From: Candidatus Babelota bacterium
GTDB lineage: Bacteria > Babelota > Babeliae > Babelales > Vermiphilaceae
Length of the DNA stretch: 32,000 bases
Direction of reading: 5' to 3'
Assembly: GCA_039809905.1 (NCBI GenBank)
Contig: JBDHVY010000001.1
Coordinates: 930,001-962,000 of the forward strand
Shown here: piece by piece, positions 8,434-15,800 of the stretch
How positions within the stretch are numbered: the first letter of the stretch is position 1
Layout of the letters: each line of letters opens with the position of its first letter
The notes under the pieces: generated by a model
The model's database searches: none
What the model was told of the DNA's origin: nothing
The model's input: the letters and a program-made list of their open reading frames with translations, nothing else
Made by a program: the position numbers and the translations under genes

Positions 8434-8796
8434 ATGAACAAAAGGATTATGCTCTTATTTTTATTTGCGTGCTCGTTGGCGAATTGCCAAAGACTTCCAT
8501 CATATGAGGATTATTTAAAAGCTAATGATCTAACGGACAAAAAATTTGCAACACCAAATGGGAAGAAAATTCTTGAATTAGATTGTAAGATAAAAGAAAC
8601 ATATGGTTTACTTGAGATAGAAAGTATACGGTGTCAAAAAGCAAATGACTGTGAGACTTCGACAGAATTGCTACGTATTTTTGGTGAGATGCTTAAGTTG
8701 AAAAATGAGCTTAAGCGAGTAGAAGAAGAGGTAGAGAAAGAACCAGCGACTCAAGAGCGCGATAAGCTCTATAAAGAGATACTAAATAAATTATAA
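8434..8796 (+). CDS. Small secreted or lipid-anchored protein (unknown function)
   Basis: ATG 8434 has AAGGA at 8423-8427; the track ORF starts at TTG 8431. The N-terminus MNKRIMLLFLFACSLANCQ is signal-like with a possible Cys anchor. Four further Cys and a charged helical C-terminus follow. Confidence 0.7.
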   Translation: MNKRIMLLFLFACSLANCQRLPSYEDYLKANDLTDKKFATPNGKKILELDCKIKETYGLLEIESIRCQKANDCETSTELLRIFGEMLKLKNELKRVEEEVEKEPATQERDKLYKEILNKL

Positions 8797-8837
8797 AAAT
8801 TTGTTTCTATGCAAATATCGTAAATAATCTATATAAG

Positions 8838-8868
8838 AGCCAGGGGCTCATTTAGCCCCTGGCTTTTT
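8838..8868 (+). terminator. Rho-independent terminator (near-twin of 7106-7139)
   Basis: Perfect 11-bp stem AGCCAGGGGCT (8838-8848) / AGCCCCTGGCT (8854-8864), loop CATTT, then a T-run through 8868. Confidence 0.85.
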
Positions 8869-8955
8869 CCTTTTCCTTTACCTAACGCTATTTTCTGGTA
8901 CATTATATATATTAGTGTTTTTTAATGAAATTAGTCTTAAAAATAGGGGTTTATC

Positions 8956-9660
8956 ATGCATGATGAACACTCACATAGTCACAATCATGGTCATATCCAT
9001 AGTGGCGAAAATACCATTGTTCATGAATTATTATGTCATTTGCCATACGCAATCTATTCAGTAGCATTCAGTTTAATTATTCTCAGTATTTACTCTGTTT
9101 TTTCTATTGGGCTTGATCCTGCTATCATCAAAAAAGGTAGCAAGGCATTGTTTCATAGCTTCCATTTTATGCATATTGTTTTTGCTGCAACAGGAACAGT
9201 CATAACTTTTTGCCGTTTTTCTAAAAATTATTTTAGAGCGTTGCTTGTTGGTATTATTTCGCCAACATTTTTTTGTATTCTTTCTGATGCAGTATTGCCC
9301 TATATCGGTGGTACTCTTTTGGGTGTAGATATGCATTGGCATCTGTGCTTCTTAAAAGAACCGCAACGTGTTATTCCATTTTTGGTTGTTGGAATAATTA
9401 ATGGTTTTGTCATGAGCATGCATCATGAAAGTAAACAAGGCGGATATTCGCTCAGCTCTCATGCTTCGCATATTACTATCAGCTCATTGGCATCCACATT
9501 TTATTTGATTTCCCATGGCTTTACCAACTGGTATGTATCTATTGGAAATGTTTTTATTCTTTTGATCATAGCTGTTGTTGTACCTTGTACTTTGGCAGAT
9601 GTTGTGGTACCAATGACAATGGCTCGATTGGGTAAAGAACCAGATTCCTGTTGTGGGTAA
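8956..9660 (+). CDS. His/Cys-rich polytopic membrane protein, putative metal-ion-handling (family not recognised)
   Basis: The N-terminus is MHDEHSHSHNHGHIHSGEN. About six hydrophobic segments carry embedded His (FHSFHFMHIVF, HWHLCF, MSMHHES, SSHASHITISS). The C-terminus ends in PDSCCG. AGGGG lies 6 nt before the ATG. Only 29 nt separate its stop from potA. Confidence 0.7.
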   Translation: MHDEHSHSHNHGHIHSGENTIVHELLCHLPYAIYSVAFSLIILSIYSVFSIGLDPAIIKKGSKALFHSFHFMHIVFAATGTVITFCRFSKNYFRALLVGIISPTFFCILSDAVLPYIGGTLLGVDMHWHLCFLKEPQRVIPFLVVGIINGFVMSMHHESKQGGYSLSSHASHITISSLASTFYLISHGFTNWYVSIGNVFILLIIAVVVPCTLADVVVPMTMARLGKEPDSCCG

Positions 9661-9689
9661 TACACGATATAAAAAAGGCGGGCTGATGC

Positions 9690-10781
9690 ATGAGAACCAT
9701 TCGTTTTGAAAATATTACTAAACGTTATAATGGCGAAACTATCGTAGAAAATATTTCTCTGGAAATACCCGGAGGAACATTTTTTGCGCTGTTAGGTCCT
9801 AGTGGTAGTGGTAAAACAACATTACTGCGTCTTATTGCGGGATTAGAACAAGCCGATAGTGGATCAATTTTTTTGGGTAATGAAAATATTACTCATATGC
9901 CTGCATATAAACGTCGCGTCAATACCGTGTTTCAAAATTATGCCTTGTTTCCTCATATGGATGTTTTTGATAATGTGGCATATAGCTTATCTCTGCGCAA
10001 TATTCCTGAAAACATTATCGAAGAAAAAGTTATTAAAATATTAAAGGCCGTTGGTCTTGAAAAACATATTTATAAATCAATCAATAATCTTTCTGGTGGG
10101 CAAAAACAGCGCGTAGCTCTTGCGCGTGCAGTGATTAATGAACCGGATGTTCTTTTGCTTGATGAACCTCTTGCTGCATTAGATTTAAAATTACGTGAAA
10201 AAATGTTGATTGAGCTCATTGATTTACAAGATACGCTTCAAACAACATTTGTATATGTAACACATGATCAATTTGAAGCATTGACTGTTGCTGATAAGAT
10301 GGCAATTATGAATGATGATGGTGAAATTGAACAAGTTGGTACGCCAAAAGAAATTTATGAATTTCCCGTCAGTACATTTGTAGCCGAATTTGTAGGAACA
10401 ACTAATATTTTTAAAGGTAAGCTGCATATAATCAATGAAGAGCCAAAAATAGAATTTTCTGGTCTTGGTATGTTTGAAGTTGTTATTTCAAAAGAAAAGG
10501 AATGGATGAAACATGACAATATGGTATTCATGAGTATTCGTCCTGAAAAAATTGAAATTAGCAAAACGCCGATGACTGGTTTTTCTAATGCGCTTGAAGC
10601 AACGGTGAAATCAATCGTTTATCATGGAAGATCAACGCAATACAACGTGCGATTAAAAAATGGTGAAGTGATTCAGGTTTTTGAACAAAATGAAGAACAC
10701 TTCCCTCAAGAAGTTATTGATTATGACGACCATGTATTTTTATATTGGCAAAAAGAAAATGTGGTATTGTTAGAGAAATGA
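9690..10781 (+). CDS. potA: Spermidine/putrescine ABC transporter, ATP-binding subunit
   Basis: Walker A GPSGSGKTT, signature LSGGQKQR, Walker B VLLLDEP, H-loop YVTHD. The C-terminal extension is typical of PotA/CysA-type importers. It is the first gene of a potABCD-ordered operon. Confidence 0.88.
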   Translation: MRTIRFENITKRYNGETIVENISLEIPGGTFFALLGPSGSGKTTLLRLIAGLEQADSGSIFLGNENITHMPAYKRRVNTVFQNYALFPHMDVFDNVAYSLSLRNIPENIIEEKVIKILKAVGLEKHIYKSINNLSGGQKQRVALARAVINEPDVLLLDEPLAALDLKLREKMLIELIDLQDTLQTTFVYVTHDQFEALTVADKMAIMNDDGEIEQVGTPKEIYEFPVSTFVAEFVGTTNIFKGKLHIINEEPKIEFSGLGMFEVVISKEKEWMKHDNMVFMSIRPEKIEISKTPMTGFSNALEATVKSIVYHGRSTQYNVRLKNGEVIQVFEQNEEHFPQEVIDYDDHVFLYWQKENVVLLEK

Positions 10782-11665
10782 ACATTAAGCAAAGACTAAA
10801 TAGTTTTATTTCAGAAAATACATCGTTTGTATTTACCGTTCCTGCAGTATTGTGGCAGGTGCTTTTTTTGTATGTACCGCTATTATTAGTGCTATATACA
10901 AGTTTGCAACGGTGTATTGGTTGTTCTTTCTTTGATATCACTTTTTTTCATTATTATGATCTTTTTGATTTTTCCTATGCGCATATTATTGCGCGTTCTG
11001 CTTTAATGGCATTAAGCGTGACTATTACGTGTCTTATTTTAGCATATCCTGTTGCCTATTTTCTTGCTTTACGTGTAAGCGCGCACTGGAAAAATGTTCT
11101 TTTATTTTTACTCACCTTGCCGTTTTGGACTAACTTTTTGATTCTTGTTTATTCTTGGGTATTTGTGCTTGATCATAATGGCCTTATCAACACCGTATTA
11201 TTGAAAATGAACATTATTAAAGAACCGCTTCATATGATCAATAATATACGAGCTATTTTTGTTGTAATGGTCTATTACTATATACCATTCATGATGATGC
11301 CGCTGTATAGTATTCTGGAAAAAATTCAACATGATGTTCTTGAAGCATCAATGGATCTTGGTGCAACATATTGGCAAACATTTAAGCGTATTACGGTCCC
11401 CCTTTCAATGTCAGGTATAAAAACAGGAATATTTTTAGTGTTTGTTCCTGCATTTGGGGAATTTGCTATTCCTTCAATTATTGGAGGTGGGCAGCAAATG
11501 TTTGTTGGATCATTGATATCGCATTATTTTTTAGTAGCGCGCGATAGTCAATTGGGCGCAGCATTTACCGTGGTTAGTGGTATTGTATTAATGGCTTGTG
11601 CGCTACTGTTTAATTGGTTGTGTAAAAGTCCTGTTCAATCATCGCATAAAGAGGTAAATCAATGA
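10778..11665 (+). CDS. potB: Spermidine/putrescine ABC transporter permease
   Basis: Polytopic permease with the EAA loop LEASMDLGATYWQTFKRITVPL. ATG 10778 overlaps the potA stop (ATGA); the track ORF start at 10745 is a TTG inside potA. Confidence 0.85.
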   Translation: MNIKQRLNSFISENTSFVFTVPAVLWQVLFLYVPLLLVLYTSLQRCIGCSFFDITFFHYYDLFDFSYAHIIARSALMALSVTITCLILAYPVAYFLALRVSAHWKNVLLFLLTLPFWTNFLILVYSWVFVLDHNGLINTVLLKMNIIKEPLHMINNIRAIFVVMVYYYIPFMMMPLYSILEKIQHDVLEASMDLGATYWQTFKRITVPLSMSGIKTGIFLVFVPAFGEFAIPSIIGGGQQMFVGSLISHYFLVARDSQLGAAFTVVSGIVLMACALLFNWLCKSPVQSSHKEVNQ

Positions 11666-12441
11666 GAAAATTTTCCTCATACTGCATGCCAATTATTGTT
11701 GGATTATTTTATCTTTTTTTATATCTTCCTATTTTTGTTTTGATAATGTTTTCTTTTAATGATAATGCATTTACTAATAGTTGGGTTAGTTTTACTACTG
11801 ATTGGTATACCGATCTTTTTGCTTCTACTGAAGTGTGGTATGCACTTAAAAATTCATTATTAATTGCAAGTTCAGCGGTATTTTTAAGTTTGACGATTGG
11901 GTCTACGTTTATATTCTTTGGTTCTCGGTCTGTTGTACAACGTTTGTTGTTATTTTTTTATGCAAGTCTTGCAATGCCAGAAATAGTTTTGGCTGTTGGA
12001 TTGCTTTCGCTTTTTTCTTTCTTATCCGTATCATTGGGTGCAACAACATTGATTGTAGGCCATACTTTGCTCGGCCTTGGGTATGTTATTCCTATTGTCC
12101 ATGGACGATTTGTTGAGTTAGATGAAAGTCTTATTGAAGCATCATATGATCTTGGTGCAACAAAAAAACAAACCTTTTTTGCTGTTGTATTGCCTTTGCT
12201 TGCACCAGCATTGATTGCAGCAGGGCTTTTGGTATTTATTATTTCGCTTGATGATTTTATTATTTCATTTTTTTGTGCGGGTGCATCGGTTCAAACGTTA
12301 CCCTTATACATTTTTTCCGTCATACGCACTGGTGCATCTCCTATGATCAATGCGTTATCAACAATAATGCTTATTGCGAGTAGTTTTTTTGTGTTCTTAC
12401 TTTCTTTTTTACAAGTAAAAAAAATGAGAGGACACAAGTGA
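11662..12441 (+). CDS. potC: Spermidine/putrescine ABC transporter permease
   Basis: Polytopic permease with the EAA loop IEASYDLGATKKQTFFAVVLPL. Its start overlaps the potB stop (ATGA). Confidence 0.85.
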   Translation: MRKFSSYCMPIIVGLFYLFLYLPIFVLIMFSFNDNAFTNSWVSFTTDWYTDLFASTEVWYALKNSLLIASSAVFLSLTIGSTFIFFGSRSVVQRLLLFFYASLAMPEIVLAVGLLSLFSFLSVSLGATTLIVGHTLLGLGYVIPIVHGRFVELDESLIEASYDLGATKKQTFFAVVLPLLAPALIAAGLLVFIISLDDFIISFFCAGASVQTLPLYIFSVIRTGASPMINALSTIMLIASSFFVFLLSFLQVKKMRGHK

Positions 12442-13505
12442 AGCGCATACTCAATTATGTTGGTAAATGTGGTATTATTTGTTTTTGGTTAATAATAATC
12501 ATGGCATTTCTCTATGCAGGTCGAGCTACTCAATTATTCAATACAAAAAAATATATTAATGTGTTGGTCTGGGGACAAATTTTAGATACCGAATTTCTTT
12601 CTGATTTCGAAGAAGAAACAGGAATTCATGTTAACATGAGCTATTTTGAAAATAATGAAGAGCTTTTCGTTAAATTACAATCAAGTAATAATCATGATTA
12701 TGATCTTATTATGCCATCTGATTGGGCTGCACAATTATTGATAGAAAAAGGGTTGATCAAAAATCTGGATCATAAAAAACTTACTATGTGGGATAGTTTA
12801 TACCCATCATTATGTAATCATTATTTTGATCCTGGTAATAATTATACTATTCCTTTTTATTGGTCATTATTTGGACTTGGTGTAGATACACGATACTGGA
12901 AAGGCGTTGCTCCTCAGGCAACATGGGGATTAATTTTTGATGAAAAAATAATGCCATCACGTATTGCATCTGTGGAAGATCCTCGAGCATTAATTTTAAT
13001 CAGTTCACTCTATCTTTTTGGAAAAATTGAACAATTGCAGGTGTATGAAGTTGATAAAGTTAAACAGCTTTTATTGGAGCAAAAATCGCATGTGGAAATT
13101 TATACCGATTTGCGTCCGGAATATATTTTAGCATCAGGAGTTGTCCCTTTAGTCGTGAGTTTATCAGGTGATTTATTGAAGATTATGAGACGTTTTGACT
13201 ATATCGATTTTATCATACCTCAAGAAGGAGCCTTTGGTATTATTGATTCTTTTGCTATTCCTGCAAGTAGTAAAAAAGATGATCTTATCTATCCTTTTTT
13301 AAACTATCTTTTTCGGCAAGATATTGTTAAAAATTACGTAGATAAATTTGATTTCTTTCCAGCAGTAAAAGTAGATGTTGAATATGATGAGCGCTTTGTA
13401 TATTTAACTGAACCTACACAAGACCTTTTCAAAAATATTAATTTTTTCAAAAATGTTGTTTCAAAAGAAACTCTCAATGATGTTTTGATCACACTCAAGT
13501 CATAA
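12438..13505 (+). CDS. potD: Spermidine/putrescine-binding protein, apparently membrane-anchored
   Basis: NVLVWGQILDTEFLSDFEEETGIHVNMSYFENNEELFVKL....YDLIMPSD parallels E. coli PotD (YFYNWTEY...FTKETGIKV...YESNETMYAKL...YDLVVPS, recalled from memory). The N-terminus is a single hydrophobic anchor. The GTG start overlaps the potC stop (GTGA). Confidence 0.82.
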   Translation: MKRILNYVGKCGIICFWLIIIMAFLYAGRATQLFNTKKYINVLVWGQILDTEFLSDFEEETGIHVNMSYFENNEELFVKLQSSNNHDYDLIMPSDWAAQLLIEKGLIKNLDHKKLTMWDSLYPSLCNHYFDPGNNYTIPFYWSLFGLGVDTRYWKGVAPQATWGLIFDEKIMPSRIASVEDPRALILISSLYLFGKIEQLQVYEVDKVKQLLLEQKSHVEIYTDLRPEYILASGVVPLVVSLSGDLLKIMRRFDYIDFIIPQEGAFGIIDSFAIPASSKKDDLIYPFLNYLFRQDIVKNYVDKFDFFPAVKVDVEYDERFVYLTEPTQDLFKNINFFKNVVSKETLNDVLITLKS

Positions 13506-13576
13506 AAATGAGTCTCCGATCCTTCGATAAGCTCAGGATGAGCGGTTGATAAGATTGAGCTATTGAGGTCCTCATA

Positions 13577-15394
13577 TTAAGATTTTAGATAAAAAAGTAA
13601 TTTTATGGAACATGCAATATAAAGAAACAATCCTGTTTTTGCTAAGACTAATGATAGATTATTTTTAAAATAATGTAATTTTCTATGCAATGGCTTGGTT
13701 AAAGAATGAAATAGAGAATCCTTATGGACATTTTTAGTAAGTAAAACGATATTACCTATTGTTTGTAGCCAATGTTTAATTTCAATACAACCACCTTGAC
13801 ACCATCCAGAGCAAGGTATCCTTATGCTTATTGCGGCTATTGTTTTGGTATCTTTGTGTTTGCATATCTTCATAAGCTGACTGTACTCATAGTCTGGGTT
13901 AAATCCATATTTTGAAGGAGTCTCGGATTCATTTTTGTGATACAGTAAGGATGGCTCAGTGCTTTTTATATCGCTTAATTGAGTTTTATAAAGATAAGTA
14001 TTATAAGGGCCGTTGTTGTTCTCGATATTATATCCAGTGAATAAAAAATCATTCGTAAGAAAGGCATGTGTCAACAAACCATTTTTTTTGGAATATTCGT
14101 GATCAATACGATGTTCTATAAAATCTGATAAGGTTAAATTATCAATTGATTTATTTGTAATAGTTGCCATTAATTGAGAAAATGATAGCAATAAAACAGT
14201 ATTTTTTTTGCATGAGTTAATTAAAGAAATGAACTCAGTAGGAATTTTTTTGTGAGTACAGGCTGGTGGTTGAGGAACGTCATAGTCTAACCATTCTTTG
14301 GTTATACAACTAAGTACGTTACTGCGTATTATTTGCTGTTGAGGGATGTTGACGGGTTCATTTTCCCATTTTTTTTTGTCTTGTGCCCATTTTTCTTTTT
14401 CTCTAAGGCAGTTATCACAGTCAGGTAATGAACTATAAGGAGATTGCTTGTCTACGCAACAGTTTTGTGCTGCAGAATGTCCTTTATAATGGTGTCTTGC
14501 GATTGTATTTTGATCGTGCGAAATATCGGATAACAAAATATAGTTATCATTTGTATCAATGGTATTGATTCTGAGTTGATTAATTGGTATTCGAAAAGAT
14601 TTAATCGAATTACCTAATTGGACCATGTGTACAAAATTATGCCCTCCCAATAGCACAAGGTTATTTTGTTCATTATAGTCAACCGAGTAGAGTTTTTCAT
14701 TACGAGGAAATGATTGAGAAAGTAGGGTCATTGTTTGTTTTTTTGATGATGATATCAAAGAAGAATTTTTCAAAATAGATCCAGAAGATGAAACAGCCAG
14801 TATGTTATCATTTTCATCTATAAACATTTTTTTTATTACATCTTTTTTCATAAGATGAGCAGTGAGATGATGTACGTTTAATAGTGTAGGTGAAACAATA
14901 TATGCGTTATTCGATTGATAAATATATACGTTGTTTTGATGTGCTACATAATAATTATTTTTTTTACGTGCAATATCATTAACAGGATGTTCATTGCACA
15001 GTTCAGGTACATCATTAAATTTATATTCTATTTTTGAGTAAGGATCAGTTTCTGTAAGAACGTTTAAAATTTTTTTAATTACAGGTTTATCTCGATAATT
15101 ACCTCCACTTAGTTCCCAGTGATCAACCATTTTATATTCAGAATAACAAGTGAATAACTTATTATTACTATCTAAACATACTAATACGTTATCGACTAAG
15201 TCCTTGTTGTGGTGATAGCCGTAATGCAGGAAGGGACTTATGTTTACTATCGGATGTTCTCCAATTTGGCATGGAATAACACGACTGGTGCTTGCAGTAT
15301 AATCTCGGTTAAACTCTTCAGGTTCACTTGCAAAGGAAGTTTTGAAAGAAAAAAATAGAGCAAAAATTATGAGTGTATAACGATTGTTGATCAT
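13577..15394 (-). CDS. Paralog A of a lineage-specific 600-aa family (signal peptide, Cys-rich ectodomain, C-terminal TM anchor)
   Basis: 605 aa with signal MINNRYTLIIFALFFSFKTSFA/SE and a C-terminal hydrophobic segment (LAKTGLFLYIACSIKLLFYL). Conserved islands shared with 15801-17633 include LLGGHNF, YILLSD, HKGH..Q.CC, YDVPQPP.C.HK and HWL..I.NI. No known domain recognised. Confidence 0.85.
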   Translation of the reverse strand: MINNRYTLIIFALFFSFKTSFASEPEEFNRDYTASTSRVIPCQIGEHPIVNISPFLHYGYHHNKDLVDNVLVCLDSNNKLFTCYSEYKMVDHWELSGGNYRDKPVIKKILNVLTETDPYSKIEYKFNDVPELCNEHPVNDIARKKNNYYVAHQNNVYIYQSNNAYIVSPTLLNVHHLTAHLMKKDVIKKMFIDENDNILAVSSSGSILKNSSLISSSKKQTMTLLSQSFPRNEKLYSVDYNEQNNLVLLGGHNFVHMVQLGNSIKSFRIPINQLRINTIDTNDNYILLSDISHDQNTIARHHYKGHSAAQNCCVDKQSPYSSLPDCDNCLREKEKWAQDKKKWENEPVNIPQQQIIRSNVLSCITKEWLDYDVPQPPACTHKKIPTEFISLINSCKKNTVLLLSFSQLMATITNKSIDNLTLSDFIEHRIDHEYSKKNGLLTHAFLTNDFLFTGYNIENNNGPYNTYLYKTQLSDIKSTEPSLLYHKNESETPSKYGFNPDYEYSQLMKICKHKDTKTIAAISIRIPCSGWCQGGCIEIKHWLQTIGNIVLLTKNVHKDSLFHSLTKPLHRKLHYFKNNLSLVLAKTGLFLYIACSIKLLFYLKS

Positions 15395-15441
15395 GATTGT
15401 TATTATTTCATTAAAGAAGTTAGTTTTTTGTATGTTTTTAA

Positions 15442-15797
15442 TTATTTTTCAAATTGGTGATACTGTTTTAATGCATAAATTGCCAAGATAAATGATCCCA
15501 TAGATAGCCCTATAAACAACCCTGTTTTTTCCAAAAATGGTGCTAGATTATTTGTAACCCAAAACGATTTTCTTTGTAATGAAGTCATTAAAGAACGAGG
15601 CCAACTGTTTTCATATATATTTTTACTAAATAAAACTACTATATTATTTATCTTTTGTTCCCAGTGCTCTTTTTGAGTTGCAATCTAACCTATCCCATTG
15701 AGAACACATAGTTCTTATGGGTATTGTGGCTATTGCAGATCCATCTTTATTTGTACATATTTTCATTGAGCGAGTGGTATTATGAAGAAATAAAAAA
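15442..15797 (-). pseudogene. Orphan, frameshifted 3'-terminal fragment of a third member of the 600-aa family
   Basis: My minus-strand translation gives NTTRSMKICTNKDGSAIATIPIRTMCSQWDRLDC. After a 1-nt frame change it continues ATQKEHWEQKINNIVVLFSKN...LQRK...NNLAPFLEKTGLFIGLSMGSFILAIYALKQYHQFEK, then a stop at 15442-15444. This aligns with the last ~110 aa of paralog A (YSQLMKICKHKDTKTIAAISIRIPCSGWCQGGCIEIKHWLQTIGNIVLLTKN...LAKTGLF...). No 5' part and no start codon are present. Confidence 0.7.
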
Positions 15798-15800
15798 CTA

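Noticed and set aside
13506-13576. Terminator between convergent potD and paralog A
   Set aside because: I could find only short (3-5 bp) imperfect pairings, with no convincing hairpin or U-tract.
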